Assembly: GCA_946965045.2 (NCBI GenBank)
Contig: OX337240.1
Span: 2,046,001-2,110,000 of the forward strand
From: Epithemia pelagica
Lineage: Eukaryota > Protista > Bacillariophyta
Length of the DNA stretch: 64,000 nt
Direction of reading: 5' to 3'
Each line of letters starts with the position of its first letter. Position 1 is the first letter of the stretch. The position numbers were made by a program, and so were the translations under genes. The notes beneath the pieces were generated by a model. That model did not search any database. It saw nothing but the letters and a program-made list of their open reading frames with translations, and was not told the origin of the DNA. Of this stretch, positions 49,790-62,551 are shown in pieces.

Positions 49790-51480
49790 CGCATCAACCA
49801 TCGGCAGAGGAAAGCCTTCGCCTGCGTTCTGGGTTGGTTTCTGATCATAAACACGGATTCATTGTCGCAAAACACATTCGTCTCACCATCGATGGGAATG
49901 CCCATCATTCAATGGCAGTCTTCATCGCCACAAACTCACTGCCAAATGTAGACGTTTCAACAGTGTTTTGTCGTTTTGAATACCACATGATCGGTGCTCG
50001 CTGCAGAAATATTAGGACTCCCGTTTGTGAGCTCAGCATCGACAAAACAAGTCGTGGTGACAGCGTTTCCACGCGGAGCTGGTGCATTAGGCGGAATCGG
50101 CTCGGCAGCATCAGGAAAATACTCGTCGAAGTCGGGTGTTGTGTCGTCAAACACAATGGCGGATTTATCATACTTCTTCAAGTAAGCGAAGATATGCAAT
50201 GTCTGCTCGAGATGTCCCTCCCGTGGATTCGCCATGTAACGGGACAAATGGGAGACTGCGGTTACAATATCAATGCAACCGAGTTCAACAATCCAACGGA
50301 GGATACCAATCAGTCCTTGGTAATAGTTTGTGCGTCTTGCATCGAGTTCAGGAGTCGCATCCAGTTCCGGGCGATATCCATCAGAGATAGGCGTAGTCAC
50401 CTTGGACTTGAGCTTTTCTCCAGATTTCTCCAGTTCAACCTCGACTTCGGCAATATCACGCTTACAATACTTGTCAGCGGACATGGCCCAACGATCTCGA
50501 TTCGCGGGATCATTCGTGTTGGGAATGGTATAACGCCGTATTTCGGATCCCAGGTATTCGTCGGGTGGTTTGATACTATCAGGCTTGATCGTATAGCGTT
50601 TCTGTAGGTCCTGCATCACAGTCAAGGGATCATGACTAGCGATCAGCAGATCATCAATGTAGACCAAGACATATTCGTAATACTGGAAACCATCAGAGGG
50701 TCGAGTGTTCGCTCGGAGCCATACATCCGGATCAGCTTGATACATCTTAAATCCCATATCACGGAGCGTTGCAGCGATGTGATAACGCCATCTGGCAACA
50801 GAACTTTTGAGACCATACAATGCACTAACAATCAGTGCGGGTTGTCCAACCCTATCTGGTCCAAATTCGAGTCCCGCGGTAGAATAGGTCTTTTCCTTAG
50901 TCGGAATTCAAATATGCATTTTGCACATCGCCGACAAGAACATCTAGACCATTAAGGGCAGCGATAGTAAATGCAATACGTACGCTATTGCGTGATACCA
51001 CACTTGAGTATGTCGACTCTTTGGGTGGATCCGTTTTATGGCCTCCGGCCACTAATCTTGCTTTACGTCGCAGATCGGATTGGATATCGAAGACCATATG
51101 GCATGGGATATGCTTGTACCCCGGAGGCACTTCACCATCGGCAGGGAATTCGAAAGCAATGCCAACGTTCTTCATTTCCTTTTCAATAGCCTTGCGCCAG
51201 AAATCGGTCCCCGTTCGACGGTCAATCGCAAGCGCTTCTTCCACAGAGTGGGGTAACTCAATGCCATACTTGTGCGAACGCTTCCAGTAACGCGAGCGGA
51301 CTTTCTTGATGATCCTATCTTGCTTACGAAGATCACGTGGCACCCACCATGCAAAAGCAGGCTCCTTTTCGATGCCGGCGGACACTGCATATTTGGCGGC
51401 TTCAACCATATTGCCGTTCTTGACGTCCCTCAGCGGCAGCCAAACAGTCGATTGATCAGACAGTTCACATTGCAATTCAG
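49790..51480 (-). mobile_element. pol: Copia (CoDi-type) RT-RNase H region, frameshifted with deletions
   Basis: PAFAWWVP, HKYGIELP, RKARLVAGGH, DVQNAYLN, YGLKSS, LVYIDDLL, CFVDA and WYSKRQNTVETSTFGSEFVAMK. Confidence 0.95.
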
Positions 51481-51853
51481 CTGCTGTGCAACGCTATTCC
51501 CATCAACTTGCGTCCCCTTCGACTTGACCAACCCAACCAATTTCAGAATACAGAATATTGTGTGTATATATGGACCATCTGGTCAAAAGATCAATGTGGA
51601 TACCTGGGAAAGGATGGTAGAAACTGTGCATCTTTAAACCACCCTCCAGGCAATGCATAAAATGCCATTTTAAGTCATCTCCACACGTGAAAGAATTATT
51701 GAAAAAGTACATCTTGGATTTCGTTTGTGAATAGAAACAACCCTTGTCTCGAACCACAAAGAATCCTCCCAATCAACAAACCACGATCCAACAAAATAAC
51801 ACACAAACAACAGTTCCACCAACTGCAGTGACACAGACACAGACTGGCATTTC

Positions 51854-52459
51854 TTATATACACCACAGAACAGATCCCTTCCAATGAACAACCACAAGAG
51901 CAGTGAAAGCGGGGTCTGCCTCAGAGGGGGACGACTCCCACATGCAGGCTATGGAGGCCTCGGCTACTGGGACTTCTGTATCGTCCAAAACCAAGTGTAG
52001 TAGGTGTGGAAGAAAAGACCTCCACACCGGGGGGAAGACGCAATGCAACGTACCTACTGAGCTGAATGACACAGAAGCCAAGCGACTGGTACGTTGGGCA
52101 TGGCTTCTTGCCTGTTGCTGCCTGGCGGGAAAGATAGGAATGTTGTTTCGTTGTGGTTATATACACCACAGAACAGATCCCTTCCAATGAACAACCACAA
52201 GAGCAGTGAAAGCGGGGTCTGCCTCAGAGGGGGACGACTCCCACATGCAGGCTATGGAGGCCTCGGCTACTGGGACTTCTGTATCGTCCAAAACCAAGTG
52301 TAGTAGGTGTGGAAGAAAAGACCTCCACACCGGGGGGAAGACGCAATGCAACGTACCCTCTGAGCTGAATGACACAGAAGCCAAGCGACTGGTACGTTGG
52401 GCATGGCTTCTTGCCTGTTGCTGCCTGGCGGGAAAGATAGGAATGTTGTTTCGTTGTGG
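51854..52459. repeat. Tandem duplication, 303-bp period, 2 mismatches seen
   Basis: Units at 51854 and 52157. Encodes KCSRCGRKDLHTGGKTQC (zinc-knuckle-like). Confidence 0.95.
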
Positions 52460-52669
52460 TTGTGGTTGTGGTTGTTGTGCCGCGGCTGCAGCCGGTGGGG
52501 GGGGGAGGAGTTCTATGGGGAATCCCGGGTAGAAATGAAAGTTCTCTGCGTCCAGAGTAAAGGTGTCTGGCGCATTTTGCAAGTTAAGGTTGTATCCGAC
52601 GGGTTCCGAATAGTATCCAACAAAAGTGGGGAAAAGTAATTAATACACCCTATCCATAGGCACAATAGC

Positions 52670-52965
52670 ACAAGGGCAAACCTCCAATCTCTCCTATCCC
52701 ATGCTCCAATGATACCAGCAGAAGCCACCCACCCTTGGCATTTCAGGCTCCGAAAGCACCGACTGAAGTCGCCCAATTTTGGTACCCCATCCCCCAAAAC
52801 TATCGAGACCATCCACAGAAGAACTACACGCACAGAAGCTAATGAAGAGAAACTATTTAAAAGAACCATAAGCCGCGCTTCCGCTTTTTCTGCTGCGGTG
52901 GATCAGCACTGCTATCCACATATCCCATCCTCTCCCGATGCTTCTTTACAAGATTCTCCATGTTG
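52670..52965 (+). repeat. Relative of the 43770-44230 repeat
   Basis: See the 43770-44230 entry. Confidence 0.75.
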
Positions 52966-53444
52966 ATGAGGACTTCGTGAGAAACAACATGGGACAGGCA
53001 TTTTTGGGTATCAAGAATCACCATGCAGAGAGGTTTAAGTTTTCAAGAGGTGTGGGTGAGTCAAGGAAGATGAATGAAACTGGACTAAATCGATTGGTAG
53101 ACTTAGAGTTGAAGGTGTTAGCTGATCGGAACAGGTCTGGTGTTGTCTTCATGGAGGCATTGAATTCTAAATATTGACAAGTGATGGGCTATGAGGAAAA
53201 TCAAGTAGATGACGATAATGCAAATGTGGTGCGACAGCGTCTGTGGAGACAAATGGTTAATGAATTAGACGAGCAATACTGTGTGTGAGATTGTTGATTC
53301 ATTCTGTTGTTAATGCACATCTTGAACGGTTAAGTTCATCTTAGGAGAGGTGGGTCTCTTACTATGAAAGTATGGGTCCAGCGGCCGGTCCTAGGAGCTT
53401 ACCAAACCAAAGTCAAAGCCTGGATTTTCAGCTCAGATCAATGC

Positions 53445-53787
53445 AACCAAAAAGTCGAAGCAAAATTCAATGGAATAAGGTGTCTGAAGGAAGCATCGAC
53501 GCATCCGATGTGAATATTCGAACAACAAGAGCGTGTGAAGAGCAATTCAAATTTTGACTCACACATAGAAAGCTATGGACAGTCAATGATGAGCCTTCCC
53601 CAAACCACCAAAAAGTCAAAACAAAATTCAATGGAATAAGGTGTCTGAAGGAAGCATCGACGCATCCAATGTGATTATTTGATTAACAAGAGCGTGAGAA
53701 GAGCTTTCCAATGGTGAAGAGCAATCCAAATTTCGACTCACACTTAGAAAGTTATGGACAGTCAATGATGAGCCTTCCCCAAACCAC
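53445..53787. repeat. Imperfect tandem duplication (~165-185 bp)
   Basis: caaaattcaatggaataaggtgtctgaaggaagcatcgacgcatcc and tatggacagtcaatgatgagccttccccaaaccac each occur twice. Confidence 0.9.
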
Positions 53788-54129
53788 GACGAGAACGTTG
53801 AAGATGATGTTGTGGTGGTGGGGACCAGGAGTCCTGGTGAATTTCAGGAGCGGGTGGACAGCTTCTCAGGCCGGGCAGCGCGGGAAGGATAAGAGTGAAG
53901 TGAGAACAACCACTGTGACCATGCTTCTTCTGTAGACTCGTGTAAGAATGGTGAAGATTCCAGAAGTGACTGGTAATAAGTATGTCCCATATCTTCCCAG
54001 GCATGGACTATCGAATTTTGTATGAGTTTTCGCCTGGTTGTCGGTTTGGTTGTCTCTGTGGTTGTCAGCGGCAGCGGCAGTTTGCCCCTCGTCCGAAGTT
54101 GGGTTGTCAGTGGTGGGCCTTATGTCGGT

Positions 54130-54291
54130 GAAGCGGCAGTCCATGTCCCGGTCAGAGTAGAGGAGCCACCCTATACATGCCTGATCCTCACATTGCAAGT
54201 GTCTTGGGAGAAGGTAGTGTTTCTGGCTGTCAAACCAGTGCCGGATGGACTCCAGGATCCTAGCAACGGGGGTAACTGATCCAATGCACAT
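54130..54291 (-). mobile_element. LINE ORF1-like fragment
   Basis: LQCEDQACIGWLLYSDRDMD. Confidence 0.45.
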
Positions 54292-54419
54292 GGAGGTGTA
54301 TTGGACAACAGGTAAGAAACTTCTTTATGCTTGATGGATTATGAGAACACTTGTCGCTCTCGATGGCAAGTAGACTCATGAGCCGCTGGATAACCACTAA
54401 CTGGGGTCTCACAAGAGCC

Positions 54420-54574
54420 AGCGGGTCAATCTTGAACTGAGCAGTGAAAGGATCATTGGCAGCTGCTCCCACACGATGCGGTGCACGAGCGATCATCTCT
54501 TCTTCTTCAGTTTCAAATCCTCTGGCAGGATCTTGGCCAGGAGGATACAGATCGTCTCGAATGGCATCGGCCAA
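54420..54574 (-). mobile_element. gag: Copia gag fragment
   Basis: FETEEEEMIARAPH..FKID. Confidence 0.5.
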
Positions 54575-54664
54575 CGGGATTCCAGTCGTCTCCCTCTACG
54601 TCACAGCGCCAAGGGGGCTCTCTGACTTAAGAGTTGACATGTCCTCTCCGCGTTCCTTCCCACA

Positions 54665-54760
54665 CAAATGCCCTTTCCCAGGTTGCACATGGTCCCTCAA
54701 GACTCCTATCCCAAACCATACCCGTCGTCACATCCGAGGACACTTACAACACGCTCACCC
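54665..54760 (+). other. C2H2-like zinc-finger coding fragment, possibly the N-terminus of a CRE/R2-like element
   Basis: KCPFPGC..RHIRGHLQHAH. Confidence 0.4.
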
Positions 54761-55109
54761 AACCGAACCAACCACTTACATGACTGATTTATTTTGCATA
54801 CAGACTGATAGAAATATCTATACAGGACTAGCCAACATAGTTGTACTTATATGATAAAAAGTTTACTTCTGAAAAATACAACTTGTCTACAAGCATAGTT
54901 TTCAACATCTCCAACTGTGAAATGAACCTTGAGGATGACATCAAAACTACTGGGAAATCTATGACAAGAGGTGGCACTTACCCAGTTGACCTCCTATACC
55001 TACAAATAACTATATAGGACTAAACAACAAAGATGTACTAATGTGATTAACACTTTACTTCTGAAAAATAACACATCTCCATTGTTATCAGCTGAACTGT
55101 GAAATGAAG

Positions 55110-55345
55110 CTTGAGGATGAGGTGATGTCGGATGCGAGGAGATGAAGCAGAGATGCGATCATGGAGAACTTGAACAAGGTGTGTCTTGTCTGGAGGTTGT
55201 CCAGTTCAAGGAGTTTATCAAGGTTTGTTTCTAACTTGTTGAGTTTTTTTCTCGATGTACTCTTTTGCAAATGTGCTGGAGCCGATTGGTTGCACGAGGA
55301 AGCGGACACCACTAGTGATTTCGGCTGTTGGGGGATTGGTTACCG
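55110..55345 (-). mobile_element. CRE-like RT C-terminal fragment
   Basis: EITSGVRFLVQPIGSSTFAKEYI parallels GTRFLGQPIGSSHFATKFI at ~42750. Confidence 0.5.
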
Positions 55346-56189
55346 AGAGGAAGGAGAGTTGGTTTTTGGGGCTCAGGTGTTCCATTGGCGAGAAACACGC
55401 ATCACTTGGGTGCTCGGCATCAAGTTTTGAATCGTCCCTTACTTGTTTTGATTTGTCGGCACGTTGTTTTGAAACGTTTTGTTTTTCTTCCGGTGCATCA
55501 AAACATACATCCGTTTGAAAAAGGTTTGATGGATGTCTTTTGGGATCTGTTTGAGTGTCAGATATGGGCTGGCAGTATAACAAACTTGTCTGTTCCGTTG
55601 AACGCTCCACTGCTTACGGTTTGTAATCCATCGATGTCTAATTGTTCACTTTTGGACTATCAACTGCTTTTGGTTTACGATCAAGTTCTTCGTCATGTGT
55701 TTCAGCAATTTGTCCGACAATATTTGGGTCGTCTGGAACAGATAAAGGTCTAAGACCTTCTGGTACAAGTGACCAATCCGAATTTAAAATCTTCATGAAC
55801 TTGTCATCTGCTTCTTCTTTGTGTGTGTGTTTGTAATCATGCATGAGGTATTGCACTCTTTCTGTGGCAAGGTCGCCCAGTTCCTCAATACCGGCTTGAA
55901 TTATCTCACCACAAATTGCATATTTTTCTGTTAAGGCATGAATTGCTGTAGGAGATGGTTCACCTTTGTTGCATAAGATGGCCAAATCACTTCACCTCCA
56001 GTGACTCTTTGCTATCCACCACTGACGACAAGGATGAAGACAAAGGCCTATCATGTGCCTCGACGAACAAACCGAGGCGCACCCTCACCATTGAAGACTA
56101 CTTCACCGGTCGGCAGAGCGCCTACGAAGACTGAGCCCTCACAACCCACGTGCGGACCGCAGTCTGTGGGGACGAAAGAGCAAGCCACT

Positions 56190-56363
56190 ACGCACCTTCA
56201 TCTCTGTTCCAAGGGGTTTGGGCTTTCGTTTGATGTTCGAGAGGTGTGGAAGGGTTGATGTTTTAGTGGTCCTCGGCTGGAAGGGACTTATGATCTCGTC
56301 CAGAGTCATCGTTGACGAGACCGCAACTGTCCGACGACGGTTCTCATTGAACCCATCAATCAA
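56190..56363 (-). mobile_element. piggyBac-like transposase fragment
   Basis: IDGFNENRR..TLDEIISPFQPRTTKT..LPHLSNIKRKPKPLGTEMK. Confidence 0.7.
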
Positions 56364-56423
56364 CGGTTGAATCCTATTCCAAGGATAAGAAGAATCATCA
56401 CCTTCAAAGGCACGATGGATGAT

Positions 56424-56680
56424 TTCGACAACAACACCGACATTAGGTGTAAGGATGAAGAAGAGAGAGGAAAGAGGAAAAAACAGAAGAAAAAGAAAAA
56501 GGAATCAGAAAAAAAAGAAAAAATTACAGCGGTTGGGTCCTCTGTATGATGTTGACAACAACACCGACATAAGGTGTAAGGATGAAGAAGAGAGAGGAAA
56601 GAGAAAAAAAAACAGAAGAAAAAGAAAAAAGGAATCAGAAAAAAATAAGAAAAAACGACAGCGGCTGGGTCCTTTGTTGT
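56424..56680. repeat. Purine-rich tandem duplication (~128-bp period)
   Basis: gacaacaacaccgacat.aggtgtaaggatgaagaagagagagg occurs twice. Confidence 0.9.
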
Positions 56681-57374
56681 TTCGCCTTGTCTTTCTCCTT
56701 CTTGATTCGGTCCAACAATTTGCTAGTCGTTTCTTGGTGATGGTCCGTCATTCGAATAAGGTCAAAACTTCCTGCTCCACTGGATGTGGGGGATTGGTTT
56801 TCGTCACTCATGGTGGCTTGGCAAAAGGGAGCTAAGTGGCCTCCCTTGGTGTTTGTTTGTGGACTTGATAGTGAACTATCAGAGATTCGATAGTCTCTGT
56901 TGATCAATCAATTTGGCTTGAAAAATCGCCGGTTTCGTCAGCCAAGACTTGAGCTCAGTAACCACTTGGACTATATGTATTTCACTACTAACTGTAGACG
57001 ATTGGGTTAGTACGATAGACTCTTCTATAGGTCAACCTAAGCACTCAAAAGACGATGAGGCCCTCACCTTCAGTCTCTGCATTAAGTTGACTCCTTCACA
57101 CAAAGTTGCTTTTCAACTTTCTGTTTTTATAAAGAAATGAGATTAATCTACTTTTCAACTGAAGTCTCGTTTCTAGGATGTTTCCACCATGGCTGTTGGC
57201 AGGGGAAGCTGGGACCAGCCGTGTATCACTGTAATGAGAATCAACAAGTTCACAAGTGTACCGGGCCAAGTAGTCTGGATCCCCTTCCAAAAGCACAATG
57301 GAGACCAGTCCCCGACCCAAAACGGCATCCAAGTCTGACACCAAGTGCAACTTGGAGTCTAAATGCCGGAGGAC

Positions 57375-57640
57375 GGCACCGGGTTTAGATGGGAAACCAG
57401 TGGGCAAGGCAAAGCGCAATCCATTGTTTGATACACGTACCTATGAAGTCAGCGTCCCAGGAGGCGTTATTCATGAGTATACTGCCAACATGCTGGCGGA
57501 AAATCTCTTCTCAAGGCTGGACGGTGAAGGGAAAAGGCATGTCGTCATCACAGAGTTTGTTCGGCATAGAAGAAACGGGGACGCGGTCCGCAAGGATGAT
57601 GGGTATATCTATTTGTCGAACGGAAACAAACACGAGCCAT
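57375..57640 (+). mobile_element. pol: Copia pol IN-RT linker fragment
   Basis: DGKPVGKAKRNPLFDTRTYEV..EYTANMLAENLFS..DGEG. Confidence 0.8.
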
Positions 57641-57939
57641 AGCCATGGCAAACTCCAAGGACAATCCCATCCCTCTGGTCCACAGCCAACTGTTCACCGA
57701 CAGCCCCCAGCCACTACTAACCATATTCTTGGGCAAGAACGATCCATGCTTGTTCTCTGCGAACGTCACCGTCATGCCGGTTTCTTCTTCCTTGGTGAGG
57801 ACATACCCACACACTCCATCTCAAGATTATGACGATTCGACAGCAGTTGACAGCATCATCGAGACTGAAAGAGCCACCATCTGATGGTACCCCTGGGAGT
57901 GATCCACCCCCAGACCTCTTTGACGAAGGCGAGATAGTT

Positions 57940-58190
57940 GAGCCCCTATTTCCAGAAGCCGAAGCCCTGGAATCCGATACGTACACACCGGAAGAGCTTG
58001 ATGAATATCTAACCGCCAAAGTCATGCCACCACGAGGAGGTGAAAGTGCTTGAGAGACCATCATTGGACGCACTAAGGACACTCATGGACGACCAATCGG
58101 TGAGCAAGACCCTAGCCCAATCCTTGATACCCTGTACTACGATGTACAGTTTCTGGATGGTTCGGTTGAGTCATACGCCACTAATATGTG
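57940..58190 (+). mobile_element. pol: Copia pol IN-RT linker fragment from a second copy
   Basis: DTYTPEELDEYLTAKV.PPRGGE..GRPIG..PILDT..YDVQFLDGSVESYATN. Confidence 0.75.
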
Positions 58191-58474
58191 GTAGTTACCT
58201 TGCGGGCGATCAAGGACCTTTACAATCTTGGACAACTACCACATTCCAAATCGTGTGAGTTCCTCCCACTGCCTCACCGTCACAGTTCTTGTCATGTTCG
58301 CTTCCAGCAACCATGGACTGTAGTAATGTCGAGGTTGAAAGTATCAGCACCAATCGCATCGAGTTGGATACTTGGGCCGAGATTGCAACCATCGTACCAA
58401 CTCAGCAAGAGTCCAAAACTCGGGAGACTCTTGGGAATCCTTTTAATAAGCTTGAAATCGTGTACCGGTTACCG

Positions 58475-58590
58475 GTTACGTGATCTTCTTTTGCGGATGC
58501 CCGTTGCTGTGGAAAAACCAACTCCAAACCGAGACTGCTCTGTCCACCTTCCATGCCGAATACTTTGCACTGTCAATTGCATTGCGTCAG
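58475..58590 (+). mobile_element. pol: Copia RNase H fragment
   Basis: GYVIFFCGCPLLWKNQLQTETALSTFHAEYFALS. Confidence 0.8.
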
Positions 58591-58859
58591 GTAGTATTGT
58601 TGTTGTTGTTGTTACCACGGGGCCTTTTTCTCGCAAAGAGGCACAACCGACATGAAAAGATGTAAGTAGTTGTTGCATTCGGGGGTGTAAATGTCCACTT
58701 TTCGCTTCTGTACAGCAGGACAGTGGAAGATTTCCGGCTTGGTTTTCTTTATCCTTAGCCTGTCTCTCTCAGTTGTCTCGGTTCTGTTGGCGTTGTCTGG
58801 CCTCTCTCTCTCTTGTTTCTCTATATATTTTCCCCCTTCTGTAAGTCCCTGGCGCTCGA

Positions 58860-59040
58860 CCCCTTCCTTCAAGCCTTTGAGAAATTCGCTCTTCAAACAG
58901 AACACATCCCTGGCAAACAGAATGATGTGTCAGACTTGTTGTCTCGTGCATGGCATCTCGACGACAACGAATTTACCCTTTTCTTGCACGAACATTTTTC
59001 ACCACAGATTCCAAAGAATTTTTGCATCAGACCCCTTCCC
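58860..59040 (+). mobile_element. DIRS-like RNase H C-terminal fragment
   Basis: EHIPGKQNDVSDLLSRAWHL. Confidence 0.55.
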
Positions 59041-59484
59041 AGCTATTACGACATGTTTGTCAATTTTGGTGTGTACAGCCAAGAGAACGTGAAGGAGGGT
59101 CGAAACATCATTATCAACGACATGATGGACCGCTTCACCAATCATTGTGTGTCAACTATTGGAGCAGCGATGGCCTCCGGAAAAAAATCAACAGCACCCG
59201 ACTCTTCGTTAGTAGTTGACCCGAATAAGGGAACTCAGGGTGGACCGTGGGTTTTGCATATGGTCCTCAACCGCTCACTTCTACCACGAATGAAGCCGCT
59301 CGCGGCATCGTCCGTCGTCTTGAGACTCACCGTGTCGACAGTTATCCTGGCGAAAACATCACAAGTTTTTGGCGAAGACTATGAAGATTGTCATGATAGT
59401 GTCCTATTCCAAGAGGTCCCCAACTGTGTACATTCAATCCTCTTGCTCAACAACGCCAAGCTTGGGATGCCCCTACCATCTCGA

Positions 59485-59745
59485 CTGTGACCGGCGAAAC
59501 GCTTGATTTTAATCGCCATTGCCGCTTTGAATTTGGCGAATACGTGCAATGCCACGAGGAGCATGATAATTCCATGGCTTCTCGTACCATGGGAGCACTC
59601 GCATTACGTCCCACCGGTAACCGCCGAGGGAGTTATTACTTTCTCAGCCTTGAAAGCGGTCGTATAATCACCCGGAACCAAGCAACGCAATTACCAATGC
59701 CAAGTGATGTGATCCATCGTGTGGCCCAATTGGCCGCAAATTGGC
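59485..59745 (+). mobile_element. pol: Copia integrase C-terminal fragment
   Basis: TGETLDFNRHCRFEFGEYVQCHEEHDNSM..RT.GALALRPTGN..GSYYFLSL.SGR. Confidence 0.85.
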
Positions 59746-60169
59746 CGCAGCGCAACAAGTCATGGTTGCCCAAAGAAAATTGACACACAATCAACCCCCT
59801 ATTTGGCGCCGTTGCTGGTCAACACTGTGTCACAATTGATACAAAAACAAAAATCTTAGCAGTATTAATCCGGTCACCCACTGCTTCTCCTCGAGCATCC
59901 AAGGCATTGTCAAGCGTTGGAAACAAGGCGTCAACGTTTTCGATTATCCAACAAACAATAGAAGCATCCAAGGTATTGTCAAGCGGAATGTACAATGCCT
60001 GAGTCGTAACTGCCTGCGCGGTAAGGATCCATTTTGGATCTCCCATATATATCCTCTTGGATTCGTATCTATAAGTTGTATCACCAAACTAATAAAGCAA
60101 CTCTTTTGGATTTGTCGCAATAAGATTCATTTAATTGAAGGGATCTAGATGATCGGAATTTCACGTAAT

Positions 60170-60188
60170 GGGGGGGGGGGGGGGGGGG
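60170..60188 (+). repeat. Poly-G tract (19 G)
   Basis: Directly visible. Confidence 0.95.
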
Positions 60189-61295
60189 AGTCTTTCACAC
60201 TTTTTCTATCATGGGTTTTGTGAGCGCATTTTCTTTTTGACGTTTATGCTAGTCGCACTTTGTATCCCATGTGCGTCAACTGATGCACACAATATATATG
60301 CGTCAACTGATCTCTGTATGGGAATGGACATGTTGAACCCTTATCAAAGCCAGCAACCAAAGGCTACCAATTGACATCAATACAGGTCCACGTGCCAGAA
60401 CTTTTAGAACTAGTTTTACAAAAATAAAACTAGTTTTACAAAAATGAAATGAAATGGAGGTCTTCCCCATTTACTCGAACTCTTCCCAGACAGTCATCAG
60501 TGTACAATAAAAGTCCTGCTGCTTGTAAAAAATACTGTGGCTGTGTTGCCGGTCGAAGCATCATCACCAACGATGCATCTCAATCCCCCTGACGTTAATG
60601 TCAGGGGTTAACAGTGGTAGACCTACTGGCTAGTCTGCCCGAGATATCTATCCATGCGGAATATTCTTGCATCGGGTGAATGATGACTTTCCAGCTTCAG
60701 AGGGTGTCACATTCATGATGGTATTGCCACTGCTCGAGGTCTCCCCTTCAGTCTAGGGGGTCGGTGACGGAGGTGATGTACTCATCATATGGAGGTGATG
60801 TACTCATAACATGCACATGACAGAAGAGCTACATTCTTGGTGTAGCATTGGATGTGATGACTGGTTTTGGGTAGATGTACACCCTATTACCGTCTGTTCA
60901 GTAGAGCATTCCTATCTTTTTGTCCCTCCTTGTGGTGACTCCGCAGTCCACCGAGGGTGGTAAAGGGTTCAAAATCTCCATGGCACTAGACTCCTACAAC
61001 AAGCTGTTTGCAAATGCATTTACAGGGCCAAGATCCAACATGAGACATCAGCAGAAGCATTTCTAACAAGTAAGAAGACAAAAAGTACCAAGGAACTGAA
61101 TGCTTCAAGGTTTTTGCAACACTTGCTTGTGAAGTATAGAAGTCACATTGAAATCTGCAAGAAATATCTGCAAGAAATATATCGCCAGTCACCTCCAAGT
61201 CTCCATTTATTTAGACCTAACTGTGGATTCAAGTGTGGAACCCAGTGACACGACACAACGAAGAGTTCCGTCGCAAACCTGATAGTCATTGAAGA

Positions 61296-61935
61296 ATGAA
61301 CCAAGCTCAGCAACCAGGAGGTAGAGGTGGACGAGGCAACAGCAGACGTGGACGCGGTGGCAGTCGAGGTCGCAACAATAACAATGGAACGGGATCCTCC
61401 AAATTTGAAGGTCAAGAGCCATTGCTCAAGGGTTGTGTGTTCGACTACACCCAAGATGCACAGGCAAAGAAATACATACACAATGTCGAGTTGCTTATTG
61501 GCTACATTGGGATAAAATTCCCTAAATACAATATGGACTTCCAAAGAGGTGTGGAAAAACTCTCACTACCGACACCACAACGACCACAACGTCCAGCCAA
61601 TACAGCAAGCCCCATCGAGTTTAAGGAATGGGAGTTTGAGTACAAGGCTGTTGAAGAGAAACGCGTGCCATGGAAGGTGTTCAATCACTGCTGTATAGTA
61701 TTCTCCTCAGACAATCCACAGACATAATGAAAGACAAGTTAAAGGCCATAGCACCTTCCCAGCAATTCAAGCCAATTGAGATAGCATAGAGCTACTTAAG
61801 CTCATCAAGGCCACCACGTTCACGTTTGATAGTGATCGAGTGTACACGGGTATGACTATGGACAAGATCAGGGTGGAATTCTACGATAGTGATCGAGTGT
61901 ACAGATGGACAAGATCAGGGTGGAATTCTACTGCA
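61296..61935 (+). mobile_element. gag: Copia gag N-terminal half, decayed
   Basis: ORF 61296-61727 reads GGRGGRG..KFEGQEPLLKGCVFDY..EWEFEYK, continuing in broken frames as KDKLKA..ELLKLIKATTFTFDSD. Confidence 0.8.
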
Positions 61936-62061
61936 TGAAGCAGCATCCACCATGATATAACAATTCATTGTGGCAGTTGCAGCACATTCTCCGTGTATCC
62001 CAAGCAACTGACATTTTAGCATTGTCCACAGTTGATTCTATGGGTGTGTAGTTAATTCCAC

Positions 62062-62205
62062 TAAATCCTCAATAGCAACTTTCTCAATGTTCATATGCTG
62101 TTCCTCAGCACCATTCATCCCTCGAATTGCATAGAGGCTCCCATTGCATACAATGGCTGAATGATGCGATCGTTTCATTCTCATTTTTGGGCCTTCGCGT
62201 CATTG
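62062..62205 (-). pseudogene. Kelch-repeat fragment
   Basis: (W>stop)REGPKMRMKRSHHSAIVCNGSLYAIRGMNG..NIEKV; not in the supplied ORF track. Confidence 0.55.
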
Positions 62206-62551
62206 TTGACCGTCCGTTCCAAGATTGAGTAGCATCACTGTGTCAGTAGTAGTCTAGAAGTCAGCAAAAGGGAGTGTCCGCAATACGACACAATCTGGTG
62301 CTTGGTAAGCAATTTCTGCACAGCTGCTTCACAGCGATTCGTGAAGACATTTGGAAAGTCATAAAACTTCACGTCAGAAATAACCAGCTTGGCGGCTTTT
62401 ACAAGACGCCTATCAATCGAACACAAGTCACCCTTGCTCATCCCCAAGCCGCATGTCTTTTGAAAGCATATTGGTAACTGTCTGTTGTTTAGTTTTTAAC
62501 GGTCTTTATTCCAAACAAGACGACTCATTCCAAGTTACATACCATATGAAG

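Noticed and set aside
49678-50607. 309-aa plus-strand ORF
   Set aside because: Antisense shadow of the copia RT.
59802-59818. tggcgccgttgc resembling a plant tRNA-Asp primer-binding site
   Set aside because: Not preceded by a recognisable LTR end; could be chance.
60586-60634. Hairpin cccctgac/gtcagggg followed by CTAG-T (Helitron 3' end-like)
   Set aside because: Spacing of 22 nt is longer than typical; no 5' end or second copy.
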